From positions 310,001 through 374,000 of the forward strand of contig NW_015167085.1 of the NCBI RefSeq assembly GCF_001447785.1: a stretch of DNA of 64,000 nt, given 5' to 3'. The stretch comes from Gekko japonicus (lineage: Eukaryota). Position numbers and translations under genes: made by a program. This document shows positions 1 to 12,791 of the stretch, piece after piece. The notes under the pieces were generated by a model that was not told the DNA's origin, did not search any database, and saw only the letters and a program-made list of their open reading frames with translations. How positions within the stretch are numbered: the first letter of the stretch is position 1; the number at the start of each line of letters is the position of its first letter.

Positions 1-44
1 CCTATGGGGTCACCTTAAGTCGGCTATGACCTGTCAGCAAAAAG
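1..44 (+). mobile_element. 3' tail of an RTE-tailed SINE, cut by the window edge
   Basis: GGGGTCACCTTAAGTCGGCTATGACCTG followed by an A-rich end resembles the RTE-type tail (GGGTCGCCATAAGTCG..GACTTGA) of squamate SINEs. Confidence 0.45.
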
Positions 45-1045
45 TATACAATAAATGACATCAGAAATCTCGTGATATGGATTGATTCACAGTTCGTGTC
101 CCCTAACGGAGAGTTCTTTCGGGGCCTCAAGCACAGAGGAGGGAAGGGCTTAAGCAACCCTGGCTGGAACGCTCTCTCTCCCCTCTGGCTTTAAAAATAA
201 ATGAAATTGGTGGCCTTTTATATGAGAATAGCCCAGACATATATTTTAATATGATGTTTTATACTTACTTAATATATTCTTACCAACTCTGAGCCATTTT
301 GATGGCTCAGCTAAAAAGAAAAACAAATCTATATTTTACAAGGTCACCGTATCAAATAGAAAAGTGGTTGGCCTCCTGTCTGGATGTTGAAAGGTACACA
401 CGGGGCTCCCATAGACAAGTTGGGGCCTCTAATTACTTTGAGATTCTCCACCTACACAGCAAAACTTGACGTCGTAAATTGACCAAAAGAAGAAACAAAA
501 GCAACCCTTAAGAATGCCCCAGTAAGTCATGAAAATGTTCCAGGAATGTTGAGAGTGTCAGTTAAAGGGGGGGGGGGGAATAGGGCGGTGAGAGGTCAGC
601 ATCCTCAAACCCTGGAAACTTAGACAATTTTGGAGGAAGAGATTTAGGGGGGCAATTTTAACATTTCTTCCCATCCTGTGATTCTTTGTGAGCTCCAGTA
701 ATCACTGGCATCTTTTTGCACATCTTATCCTGTGAGTTTTGTAGGCTGAATGAGTGAAAGTTTGTTTTTATATTTTAAACGTTGCCATCAAAACATCTTG
801 TTCGACATGCTTTTTGGCACAGAGCAGGTGGAACTAAGTAGCTTCTCTGAATCACACTGTGAAAGAGGAAGTGCATCAAGGAGGTGTGACTTGCATAGAG
901 ATAAAGCAGTTAAAATGTTCTCATGCAGCCCAGCAAACAGGAACACATGTGGTTTAGTTCTAGTGTGACTTTTTTAAAAAAAGGCACTTCAGAAAGTGCC
1001 ATTCACTGTTCTTATGAAACAACAATGATGTGATACTGTACACCA

Positions 1046-1236
1046 TGGGTTGGAGACAGAGTAAATTCACAACTTCCACCAATCCCCCACTTCCTGCTGT
1101 AGACCCCACTCTGTCATTCCTCAGGGTCCCCTTTCCCCCCAAGAGCAGCATTTAGTGGAAAGCAGTGGGCTGAAGTGGGAGGAAGGAGGCAGGAAAGTTC
1201 CATTCTGCCACTGGAAAATTAATCTGGATCCAGCCC
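1046..1236. mobile_element. Degenerate palindromic MITE (GGGTTGGATCC-type termini, probably PIF/Harbinger)
   Basis: Ends TGGGTTGGAG...CTGGATCCAGCCC; related to the copy at 48932-49155. Confidence 0.45.
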
Positions 1237-2079
1237 TGTACATATAATAACTATGAGAAAACAATTTTTAAAAACTATTTAAAACCAACTCAAATGTATG
1301 AATGAATAATTGAGTGGATTTGTTTAAATATGAATGAACCAAGAGTGATAATAATTTCTCCTTGCTTCCTTGGATAATATCCATTCCGGTATTAACCCTT
1401 GCAACTAAAGCACATTCCACTCTAGTTCCCAAGCACTGTGGTTCATTCATACAGCACAAATACAAAGGCATTCAAAAGCTGCCGCAAGATTTGTACAATA
1501 AAACACAAGTATTAAGCTAAAATGTTCTAAAATGAATGCAAAAGCAATCCATCCTAAACATCAGGCCTGAAATTACTTATTCGATGCATACACATTTTCA
1601 ATTAATAGATCCTTGAGGCATCTAACAAGCAAATAAATTCCATAATTCAATAAAATGACCATAATACCCCAAACATTAGAAACATTAACTTAGGATAATC
1701 TAAAAAATAATTACAATTGCTGGGCATGGCTTCACACTATTTTTTTGTAATGTACTTCTGCTGATTGGTAGTTCAGTTCACATTTTATGTTTTGTATCTG
1801 GAATGAATTTCATTTCTGAGTTCTTCAGGTTAATGTTCTATGATAATTGATACTTGCAAACATAGACTGTTACTTTAAATAGCCAGAATATGCCTCTCCA
1901 TTGTTCTAGGCCTTGTACTGCTCTCCTGTCCCCATTTTGTGGCTTGTCAGGATTAGCATGTACTCTTTTGTAAGATAAAAGTGAAAAGATTATTGTGGAC
2001 GGTATTGCTGGGAGGCAAGATTCTCTTAGGCCTGATTCATAATTTATTAGGTGGATTCTAATACGGGGGGGGGGTCCTA

Positions 2080-2378
2080 TAGGGGTGCCAGGCTACTGGC
2101 CTTCATCTCCAGGAGCTTTAGGAGCAGGGTGATGGGTGGAGATTATGTTGTATAGATATGACGTTGTGCAACATGTAATGTCACATCCGCCAGAAAACCA
2201 GGAAACGCATTTGACTACATACTATAGGGCTTCAGGGGGCAGCCAGAGCATCTCCCAGTGCAGATACATCTGGGGCTTTGAGTGGATGTGATGTCAGATC
2301 TCGCACAATATCAGTTTGTCCTGTACTTTTCCCCTCTCACTTTGGAGCGCAGGAGTGGGAAAGCAAATGGCAACCCTA
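2080..2378. mobile_element. hAT-like MITE with TAGGG(G/T)TGCCA terminal inverted repeats
   Basis: TAGGGGTGCCA...TGGCAACCCTA; flanking 8-mers GGGTCCTA/GGGTCATG match 6/8 (decayed TSD). Confidence 0.6.
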
Positions 2379-2704
2379 GGGTCATGTCACCCCTCCCCTC
2401 TGCCACCCTCGCACAATGAAGACCTTTTTATTTTGTTTGACATTCCCTTATTGACCTTTCTTCCTGTTTATATTCTAATTGTTTTATTTATTTAAAACGT
2501 TTCTATGCTGCCTTTCTACCAAAACAGTGTCCCTCTTAGTCTTTGAACCAGGTTACAGTGAACCAGTGCTGCTTTGAAAACCATTTAAGCCCCTCTCTGC
2601 AATCTGAAATGATCTAGCCTAAACCCTGGTTTACCACTGCTGAACTAGGCTTGTATTTCTTGCAGTGTTCGGAACATTATTTTCAGTATTTCTCCTTTTC
2701 CAAA

Positions 2705-2944
2705 TCATCATAATAATACGAGTTGGATTTATACCTCACCTTTCACCCGGAGTCTCAAATGGATTTACAATTGCCTTCCATTTCTCTCCCCACAACAGAC
2801 AGGTAGGTGGGGCTGAGAGAGTTCTGAGAGAACTGTAACTTGCCCAAGGCCACCCAACTGGCTGCATGTGGAGGAGTGGGGAATTGAACCCTGTTCTTCA
2901 GATTAGAATCTAGCACCCTTAACCACTACACCAAATTAGCTCTC
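2705..2944 (-). mobile_element. Squam3-type tRNA-derived SINE
   Basis: Reverse strand reads GAGAGCTAATTTGGTGTAGTGGTTAAG...TCAATTCCCCACTCCTCCAC...CTCAGCCCCACC...TATAAATCC; same family as 44390-44664. Confidence 0.8.
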
Positions 2945-3249
2945 TTCAGATTCTTCAAATGTAATTTTTTTTAAATCCCAAAAGAGCAATTAAACAAATG
3001 GGCTGTGCATTACACCAGAGAGAGGGTGCATGCAAGTTGGTATTTACATAAACTAATGCAAACTGAAGTGTAGTGGGTTAGATGCATGTATAAACCACTG
3101 AGACGGATATAGTGATCAGCATGGTTTACTGGTACATAACAAAGACAACAACTACTGGCCGGCTGGCCAACTATATACACACCTGGGGACACTCCCTTGG
3201 GCCCGTTGGTGGGTTTAAATCTCCTGCCACGGTCCTATTGGTTCCCAAG

Positions 3250-3455
3250 CAATGTTCCCTCTAAGCTATGGAGTCATGTGAGCAAAAATTATACTTTGTG
3301 AGCTACTGGCATTAAAGTTGTGAGCAGGTGATTTGGCTACTGCATAAATTAGTTTGCTCTGGAGCCATACTTCCTGAGCTAAGACAAAAATGTGTGAGTC
3401 AGAGGCTAAAAGACTGTGAGCTAGCTCACACTAACTCAGCTTAGAGGGAACACTG
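3250..3455. mobile_element. hAT MITE, complete, 206 bp
   Basis: TIRs CAATGTTCCCTCTAAGCT / AGCTTAGAGGGAACACTG; perfect 8-bp TSD TTCCCAAG at 3242-3249 and 3456-3463. Confidence 0.9.
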
Positions 3456-5171
3456 TTCCCAAGTGGAGAGACTAGGAGCCTAGTCCCCATTGTTCCTACA
3501 GAGTCAAGCTCGGGGGTATTCGCTGGCCCCTGGTGGTGGTCAGCGGACATAACACAGACACAGTATCACTGGTTGCCTGTGGTAGTTTATATTATCAACA
3601 CTGTTTACAATATTTAAATCTTTCTGCAAATGCTGCAAGGAGCAGTGGAGAAACTAACAAATTTCCCCTCCCACCTCTTCAGTCCATGGAGAGAAGTTCC
3701 TTCACAGTCAAAGCATAACTAACAATACAGTGAACTTTTCCTGATTCTCTTGGGGGGTGGGGGTGTCTCTGTTTCACAGACCTTGTTTTGCAGACTTTCA
3801 CCTACAATTTAAATGCTAAAATCCAGCTGCATCTCTTTTTTTTACTAACTAGCATATGTAAATGCAGCCATGACATTTCCCCCCTCCAACCATCAGGTAC
3901 AAGAATTTCCCCAAGTATGTTCTTTTTCCTCCAATGTAAATGAAAGCAAATAGAATTAAGATTAAAGAAAGTCTGGAATACTTGCCTGGATGAACAGATT
4001 ACAGTGTCCATCTCAGAAACTGGAATCAACAGATTACCACTGTGTGGATACTGCTGATGGTGACTCATATCAACTGAGTGTTACTTCCTTGCTTCCTCCT
4101 CTCACTCCTGAGCAGAGTTGCATCCTTCTAAGCATGTCTACTTCACAGTGTAACTCCATTTAGGATGGCACAGTTGGTGGTGGCAGCAGTTACCATACCA
4201 TGGCCTCTAAGTGGCACATCTTTAAAAACTCACAACTGTTAATGTTATGCCTGGCACTTGCTAAGATAACTATAAAATCGAAATTGGCTTTGCCTTTACG
4301 CTGTAATTAGATAATAACCATCATTTGTATGGTTATTAAAAGATGCTTTATGGAAGTTTGTACACTGTAATTTTGTTACACAAGGAGTGTGCTGCTTACA
4401 TCCCTTAGTACTTTAGACTGAAGTGCCCTCTAGGTTGCATCTTTAATAGTGCAGTCCTATACAGAGTTGTTTCAGTCTAAACCCATTGGTTTCAGTAGAC
4501 TTAGGTTGCAGTAAGACAGTGTATTGTATTGAATAACATTTTTACCCCAGCTTTCTGGGGTACCACCATGAGCTCTTTAGAGGAAAGTTAGAATACAAAT
4601 GTGATTATATGATAAATTAATCTATCCTTTTCTGAAAGCTAGTTTAGAGAGAGAGCCATTGAGTTGCCGAAGACAACCTTTTGACCTTTATAGCTGCTTG
4701 GGAGATTTGAACTAAGGTTGTTTTTAATATCCACAGTAGCTTTCAAATATTTCTTGTACATTAGATCCTGACCTTTCTTCCAAAGACCCCTGAGGGGCAG
4801 TTTGGCCTCACAACAACCCTGTATTGTTGGTTAGGCTGAAAAAAAGGGACTTTTCAGTTTGTTCTTGGAGGATGGGATGGCCATGTTGAAAAGAGAAATG
4901 TTAAGTGTTTATCAGTAAGAGAAGGAGCTCAGTAGATTGTTCCGCAGGCAGCTGTTTGGAAACAGTCAGCTATTATTTCTAAAGTTAAGAAACAGTATGG
5001 CATGTGAAATATGTTTGGTTTGGAAAGTGTTTGTAAAGTAATTCATTTGGGAAAAAAATACTAGAATGTCTTCCAAGCGGTTAACCCTTTAAATATAAAC
5101 TTATTGTGAAATAAAACCAGTGTGTTTTCCCCCCCAAAGCTTTAAAAAAATTTAAAACTGTGTTTGGACAC

Positions 5172-5368
5172 TTGAGTCTGTCTTGCACTGCCATTGATTT
5201 ATCAAGGTCAGTTTTGCCTGTTTTGAGTGGCAGTGGCTTTGTAGGATCTCAGGTAAAGGGGTCTTTCACATCACCTGCTGTCTGATCCTTTTAACTAGTA
5301 GGGTTGGGGATTGAACTTGGGACCTTCTGCGTGCAAACCAAATTCCCTTCCACTGAGCCATGGCTCTC
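5172..5368 (-). mobile_element. tRNA-derived SINE (Squam2-like)
   Basis: Reverse strand has A/B-box head GCCATGGCTCAGTGG...AGGTCCCAAGTTCAATCCCC, then body GGTGATGTGAAAGACC..CCTGAGATCC. Confidence 0.7.
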
Positions 5369-7334
5369 TAATCAACTGATTATGTTGTGTTGTAATGTTG
5401 TACTGTAAAGCACCTTGATAGAGTCATTGTGAGGATCTACTAAGATTTAATTATCTAGATGATTGATATTATCTAAATAAATAAATCCTGGTAGAGCTAA
5501 TCAACCTGACTGCATTTGATTAACAAAATAGTTGGTTAATGATATACGCTAACTAATATATAGTGCCATGGGTGAGGTGCAGTAAGTTAGTCTTCAAAGG
5601 ATCCTTTGAATTTATTTATGCATGTATGTGTATCGCTTGATGACTACAGTTTTTATTGATGACTTGCACGTGTGAATGGACCATTGTATACGGCAGACAA
5701 AACATTCCGATCACCTTAGACATAGTACCCTATATTGGAGGCCGTTTGCACATCAGATGTGCAAAACTCAAGTATAAGTGGTGAGATAAGCATCCACATG
5801 TGAACCAGAATTCATGCCTTTTCTGTGCTTTTTGCTGAAATAGAGTAACATAGCTAATTCTCCCCAATGCGAAATGTGTTAAAGGGCTGCCTGTAGAAGA
5901 TATTATTTTATATTGCCTTCCAATGAGTTTATGTGATTTCCTAGAGAACGACAAATTTTGGTTATGACTGATATATAATTGATTTAAATTAAAAATATGA
6001 CCACTGAAGAGTATTGTGGCTGTATAACAATGAGCTCAGAAACCAAATAGACTAGTTAAACTGGTTTTTTGCACAGACCAGATGGCAGCTTTGCTTTACA
6101 AATATTTTCCTTATCTGTCCCATTTATGCTTGCCTGTAGCAACGGACATTCCTCTACTGTATACAGAGAGGGAAAAACAAAACCAAGCTTGTGTATTCAA
6201 CTGTGCATGTGTGACATCACAGTCCCCCCCCCCCCCCCCACGATTTCATTTATTTATTGTATCCCTGATTTTTAAGCTTGGTTTGTTGTTCATTTCTTTA
6301 TTGGGGTACTTTTAACTCACTTTCCCCCACTGAATACGAGAAACTAATAACAATACAAGAATATATTAAATCATCAAATATTATGAGCATGTGAGAAATA
6401 TGCATACAGTATGAGAAAAGAATAACAAGAAATCATCAAATAATAACAGCAAATCTGCTCTATTTGGCATCAACAGACTACTTCAAAAGGAAGGGGAGCA
6501 GAGCGGGGGGAAATCCTCTGCCCCAATGGCAGCAGTCTCTCCACAAGGGTGACCTCCACTGGTACACAGACAACCTTCTTCTAAATTTGTGTTGTTAAAT
6601 TGTGACAGGAAGTGTATATTGATGGATTAGACATAGTGGCAAACTATAGTCAGCTTCTGTACGAATGATTCCAGGGAATTCTTGGCTTGCGTGTAGCAGG
6701 CTGAAAAACAACTACTTTTGCATCACATAATAACATGAGAGACAATGCATCATTGTGGTTGGAGTCTAGACCTGGCCTGTGAGACCCGGTTTCAAGAACC
6801 CACTCAGCATAGGGTTGCCAGCCTCTAGGTGGTGAAGAAAACCAAAGAAGGGACCACAGTACAGGAAATACATCAACACAAAGAAACACTGTGATGAAAT
6901 TGACAATAACATTTAATAATTCCTATGAACATCAATGAAAACGTATGCAATGTAGCTCAGGAAATTCTAACATATTCAAGAAAAAGTCCAAAATCCTCTA
7001 TGAGCACCCGGTTTTATACTCATGTCAACAATCTTCCTCAGCAGTAGTCCTGTTATGTTAGAAGGTGTCAGCCTCTTGATACAGTTTAAATATTTCTTTT
7101 GCTTCCTTCAAATAGTAGCAGCGTTAACTTCTTTTTAACTTTCTTCAAATTATTGCAAATTAACTTCTTTTTCAAATTATCTTCCAGTTCCATTTCAAGT
7201 ATTTGTACTAGGAGCAAGCCAGCTAATTAATTTCTTAATAGTAGCAACCAGTCCTCTTTTTGTATTTTATCTGGCTAGAAGTCTTCTTATTTCAAATAGG
7301 CTGGCAAATGCTCTCTAACTCACATTGCTGGCTC

Positions 7335-7414
7335 AGTTGCTCTCTAGTAGATTATAGGAGTAACATTTCTTTGAAGACTGAAATGTTACTCCTATAATCT
7401 ACTAGAGAGCAACT
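7335..7414. repeat. Perfect 35-bp inverted repeat with 10-nt spacer
   Basis: AGTTGCTCTCTAGTAGATTATAGGAGTAACATTTC (7335-7369) is the exact reverse complement of 7380-7414. Confidence 0.95.
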
Positions 7415-7445
7415 TGTGCCAGAACCAGGAAGCTATGGTTTATGT

Positions 7446-7763
7446 CAGGGGTGCCCAGCCTTTTTGAGTCAGTGGGCATCTTTGGAATTCTGATAGAGTG
7501 GTGAGCGCAACCACAAAAATGGCTGCCACAGGAGGTGGAGCCCCACACACACACTGGAGGAAAAGGGAACGTGAGAGAATAAAATCAATGCTGTGGTAGT
7601 AGCTGCTGTAGAAATATTGCTATTTTAATCTGCACATTCCATCAGATCTCCAGTGGCCAGTCAGAAGCCCTACTTGGCAGGAACTGCACCTGGCTCCACC
7701 CACTTTCTAAAAAACACTTGGTGGGCACCATGGTGTTAGTGGGCAGCATGTTGGGGACCCCTG
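7446..7763. mobile_element. hAT (Charlie-like) MITE
   Basis: TIRs CAGGGGTGCCCA / TGGGGACCCCTG; 8-bp TSD GTTTATGT/GTTTATGC. Confidence 0.8.
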
Positions 7764-8128
7764 GTTTATGCTTTCCCTGCAAACCAGGATTCCAAAGTGG
7801 GAACAAACCACTGTTAGGAATCCTGGTTAGGAACAGTGAAAAACTGAGGTGGGGGTGGGTATTTTTATGTGTGTGCTTCAATGCCTGGAAGTCATGCCGA
7901 CTTCTAACGACCCCTAGTAGGTGCTTGGACATTTTTTAGAGAGGTAGGTTGATAGCCTGTCTCTGTAACCCGAGCTCTGCCTGAGCTATTCAGGTCAGGG
8001 CAAAAACTGGTAAATTATGATGGTTGTGAAAGCAATTGTTAGCTGGCCAAGCACAAGAGGAAGTGATACTATGCAAGCCTGTGACCCTCAAAGGTATTCG
8101 TATGATAGTAAACCAGATTGTCATTGCA

Positions 8129-8391
8129 TCATAAGAACATAACATAAGAAAAGCCAATGTTCGGTCAGGCCAATGGCCCATCCAGTCCAACACTCTGTCA
8201 CACAGTGGGCAAAAATACCAGGTGCCATCAGGAGGTCCACCAGTGGGGCCAGGACACTAGAAGCCTTCCCACTGTCCCCCCATCCAAGCACCAAGAATGC
8301 AGAGCATCACTTGCCCCAGATTCCCTATCTATACCATGTGTTTAATAGCCACTGATGAACCTCTGTTCCATATGTTTATCCAATTCCCTCT
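8129..8391 (-). mobile_element. CR1 LINE 3' end fragment
   Basis: CATAAGAAC terminal repeats followed by the CR1-type 3'UTR (CAGGCCAATGGCCCATCCAGTCCAAC...TAATAGCCACTGATG) in antisense. Confidence 0.75.
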
Positions 8392-8923
8392 GGACCTAAC
8401 CATTGAGAAAAGTGATGACAGTCTTGCATCCTAACATTCATTAACACAGAGGCATGGATCCTATGAATGCACTCTTCAGCTAAAGCCTCCCTTTGTCCAA
8501 GTTAATGGTTTTTACTGGTTGCACAAATGAAAGTTTTCACAGCAGAAGAAGTGTACTCCAAAGCAGAGACTACGTAGGCCACACAGAACTCATTCATAGC
8601 ATCCAAGCAGGTTATAACAGTTTGAGAGGTGGTTTTGGATGCAGTGTGGTATTGTTTTCTGGACAATTTAAGAGTAATACATTTCCTCTAGACTGGTGGA
8701 GACTGGAAACCAAGGATTAAGGTCTGAATTAACAAGTAGTTATAATAAAATCAAAGTTATTATTTTGCAAAGTCCCGAGTTTGTGTCAAGTAAAGCTTCC
8801 TAATAAATCAAGTTACCGTCAAACCAAGCCACAGCTTTTCCTGCACATTTTAGTGTATAAATGCTACAGAAGGGTTTATTTGCCTGGCAGACATGCAGTA
8901 TAAAAGAGTGATGTAGCCTGCAG

Positions 8924-8988
8924 CAATGTTCCCGCTAAGCTGTGGAGTCTTGTGAGCAGAAATTCTACCTTGTGAACAACTGGCATTA
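8924..8988. mobile_element. Partial copy of the 3250 hAT MITE
   Basis: CAATGTTCCCGCTAAGCTGTGGAGTC...CTGGCATTA matches the left end of 3250-3455. Confidence 0.8.
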
Positions 8989-9518
8989 TGCACCCCATGT
9001 GGCTTAAGCCCACCTTCACCATGCTAGGTCCATCTTCTCCAGCACTTTTAATTTGCCATTAGCCAGGCTCCTTCCTCTTGCAGTTCTGACATTTCTTCCA
9101 TTCTTCCCTTCTCCTTTCTTTGTCTCTCTGCTGCTTGTTCAGTTGCTAATGAAGAGAAGAGTAGAGCCAGAACCCATTTTCAGTGCCCCCCCCCCCCATT
9201 GAGCCATCTCTGTGCTGGATGCTGTACATGTCATCTTGTATGCCAGCTATGAATTGTAAATTGGTTCACTGCATGCAGCTCAATGTTTTGTTCGCTGAAA
9301 AGGGGAAGTTCCACATTTAATTATATATACATATGTTTGTCTTTTGATTTGATTTACATCTGGAAATACTCATTTCTCCCACTCAGACATAAAATAATAG
9401 AATTTGTTTTTAGCAAAACACTGGCTTATCCAAACTAAAATCCCCCAAATCAATTAAGACATTATGTTTCTATCATTAATTGGAACACTTTGAGAGAATA
9501 GAAAGCAATCTGTGTGAC

Positions 9519-9977
9519 ACTCAGGCCCCAGTTACACGGGAGGTTTTGCCCCACAAGAGGGACAGATCGGGGGTGCAGCAAACAGGTGCGATCACAACGC
9601 AAAATCTGGGAAGCAGCGTGCACCCGTCCCCGATCCGTCCCTTCAGGATGGAAACACGTAGCAAAAAAGAACCTGCAAAAGGGCAGGGCTTACCTGAAAC
9701 GCCGCAGCAAGCGCGGCCGTGGAATCTCCGGCACGCCCGTCTTCAGGAGCAATCAAGGTTCCTGGCCGAACTGTGCATGTGCACACATGTGCAGCCGGCT
9801 GCCTCGTTCTCCCTTCAGTGGCTTCCCCCCGGCATCTGATCGTGCCGGGGAGCAACTGCGTGGCGGCTCAGGGGATCTGTCTGATCTCGCCGCCACGTGT
9901 CTCTTTTGGTGCGTCTCTAAAAAGCCGCACTTAGGCCGTGCTCTCCTCCCCACCCCCCGTGTGGCAGGGGCCTGAGT
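9519..9977. mobile_element. CpG-rich foldback MITE (PIF/Harbinger-like)
   Basis: Ends ACTCAGGCCCCAGTTACACGGG / CCCGTGTGGCAGGGGCCTGAGT; central GTGCATGTGCACACATGTGCA palindrome. Confidence 0.7.
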
Positions 9978-10595
9978 TGGGTATTAGAGATAAATACGTT
10001 TCAGTTTGTAGCTGACTTTGGCATTAGCTTTGGAATAGGTTATTATATGGTATGTCAGGTGTATACATTTCTTAATGACTCTGGAAGGGATGCATCATTT
10101 GAACTGGTTTCTTGGTTGAAAAAAATCCTCAAAACTATCTGTCATGCTTCTATATTTAAGCCTGGGGGGGCTATGTCAGAGAGATACGAAGTGAAGAGAA
10201 AATCAATATGGTTTTAGTACCATCTTGCTTCTCTTCACTTTGTATATATTTGTGTTAGTAGCTAGTACAGACACCTTTACATGATCATACCTAGCGTTTA
10301 TATATTACATTTCAACTTTAAAAGTGCTTACTTCAATAATTTCATTAAGATAATAAGTATTAAGGAGGGCCAGTATTATCCCCATGTTGATGACATGGAG
10401 TCTGGTATCTTGTTGGAGACCAGCTGATAAAGTGCGGGTTGAACCGGAGATTTCTTGATCCACACTGCATATTTAACCATTGGGTTTTCACTCTCCCTCA
10501 ATACAATAGAAATATCTCTTGTGAAACATGATTTCTATATTCAGGTAACTATTTGAGGAAAGACCGATCTTGTGCTGTTGAACTTCAGTGTCAGC

Positions 10596-10625
10596 NNNNN
10601 NNNNNNNNNNNNNNNNNNNNNNNNN
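10596..10625. other. Assembly gap
   Basis: Run of N. Confidence 1.
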
Positions 10626-11740
10626 TGTCCACACCACTTGCTGATATCTCCCTCCTTCCCTCTCACCTACTGTCAGTCCCTGCTCTATTTAATGATCTCT
10701 CTCTGGATTTCATTACATTTCAGCATTCCTTTTTAATGTGGGAGAGCATCGCTTGCAACAACTTTTGTGAAGTATTGAGCCTGGGTCGATTCATTATGTT
10801 CTGCCAAAGATATTGATGTCTGAATGGCATTCCTCTGCACTATTAGGAGAGTAGACATTAACTGCTCTTAATTGATCTTTCTGTCTGTCTGTCTGTCAAC
10901 TTCCAGAAATAGTTATTGCTTATTAGTAGATAAATTATATTAATCAGCTATACTGCCATTTAGTAGTCGGCTTTTGAAGAGGAATGGAATTGAGTGACTC
11001 ACAAATACATCTAGAGAATTTGCACTTTTAATGGCTTGTGCAATTAATAATTAAATGAAACTGTTCCATTTGAAGCTGTTAAAGTCCTTGTTATGTATTG
11101 GGACTGGAACATTCCAGGACTGTTTCTACCAGTGACTGGCTGAGCTTGGAGCTCTAGAATAAAAGCCCACCAGGACTCTGGAGGTTGCCAGTGGGGAAGT
11201 AATGGTTCTGATAATCGCCTATCATTGGTAGTTGTTTGGGAAGTGGGTGGAGTTGCATGCTATTTAACAGGGCCATTGCCTTGGCAGTTAGTCTTTTGTC
11301 TTTGTTTTGTTCTTGCTGAATCACCAATAAAGCAGACCTGATCACTATGCTTGGGGTCAGACCATCCATGGAACCCAGTATTTAACAGTCCTATAGCTGT
11401 TTTGGATCAGATTGAGTCACTTGAGAGGTAGCTGAAGCTCTCAGGAGCAGGCTGTACATTACATGGTAGCAAACATGGGTGGTGTATTAGGCTCTACAGC
11501 CAATCCATACTTGTGAGATACACATATTCCCAAATGCATTGTTTCATTTGGACATTACAGTTTTAGTTGTACTTTTAAAATCTTGGTTGTAAATATATAT
11601 ACATACACATACACACACATACATATACACACACACTAGGAATAAGGTCCGTTGTGGAAATAAATACAATGAGCTCTAGAAAGAAGCTCTGGGAGAGTGC
11701 CAAGGCCTTGGCACTCAGTGTCAATTTGCTGTGGTGACCT

Positions 11741-12600
11741 CCTCAAACCCCACCCTCTCCAGGTTCCACCCTTGAAATCCCCAGGAATCTCCCAACTTGG
11801 AGTTGGCAACCCCATGCCCTTCCCAGCTAACCATCAACCTACCATTATTTGCCCCTCTGACTGCAGCTGACTTCTGCCCTCCCTCCTGGAGATCAGTTGT
11901 AATTCTGAGTGATCTCCCCCCCTCACCTGAATATTGGCAACAATGGTTCGCCAGGAGAAAATGGCTGGTTTGGAGGATGGAGTCTATGGCATTGTACCTG
12001 TCTGAGGTCCCACCCCTCCTCAAACCTCACCCTTTCTAGGCTCCACCCCTCAACTCTATCTTCTTCCCAGCCAAGCATCAATCTGCCATTATCTGCCCCT
12101 CTGATTTCAGCTTTCCATCTCCTCCCCCCTCCCTTTTGGAGATCAGTTGTAATTCTGTGATCTCTACCCCTCACCTGGAGAGATTGGCAACAGTGGTTCC
12201 CCAGGAGGGAATGGCTGGTTGGGAGGGTGGAGTCTATGGCATTGTACCTGTCTGAGGTGCCACCCCTCCTCAAACCTCACCCTCTCCAGGTTCCATCCCT
12301 CAAATATCCAGGAATTTCCCACCTGGAGTTGGCAACCCTATCTCATTCCCAGCCAACCATCAACCTACTTTTATTTCCCCCTCACTCTGCAGCTTTTCTT
12401 CCCCCCCACACGTGCAGTCTCTACCGTGCTCTGAAGCCCTGACTGCCACATCACATTGGCTATCATGGGAGGGGGGCATCTCAGCAGGGTATAAGGACAT
12501 AGAGTCCACCCTTTTCTCCAGGGGAACTGATCTCTGCCATCTGGAGAGCAGTTGTAATTCTGAGTGATCTCCAGCCCTCACCTGGAGATTGGCAACAGTG
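11741..12600. repeat. ~250-290 bp tandem units built from rearranged TAGGGTTGCCA-MITE pieces
   Basis: Repeated blocks GGAGTCTATGGCATTGTACCTGTCTGAGG, GGAGATCAGTTGTAATTCTG and GGAGTTGGCAACCC. Confidence 0.85.
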
Positions 12601-12728
12601 GTTTGCCTGGAGGAAAAGTATTCTTTCTCTGCAGTGGGAACCAAAACAGCTTACATAATTCTCCTCTCCCCCTTTTGACTTGCACAACAACCCTGTGAGG
12701 TAGGTTAAGCTGAAAGTCTGTGACTGGT

Positions 12729-12791
12729 CCAGTTTACAACTCCAGTTTACAACTCAGCTGTTTACAAGCTCTAGTTTACAACTCAGCTGTT
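12729..12791. repeat. Short tandem repeat with GTTTACAA core, 4 units
   Basis: ccagtttacaact ccagtttacaact cagctgtttacaagct ctagtttacaact. Confidence 0.8.

Noticed and set aside
6830-7330. Penelope-like remnant next to the 35-bp hairpin
   Set aside because: Only vague resemblance (CTTCCTCAG, AT-rich repeats); no diagnostic motif
9480-9975. Cluster of overlapping ORFs
   Set aside because: Result of the high GC content of a foldback MITE; no splice or domain evidence
11741-12600. CRISPR-like or coding repeat array
   Set aside because: Eukaryotic DNA; units are long, degenerate and derived from a MITE, with no unique spacers
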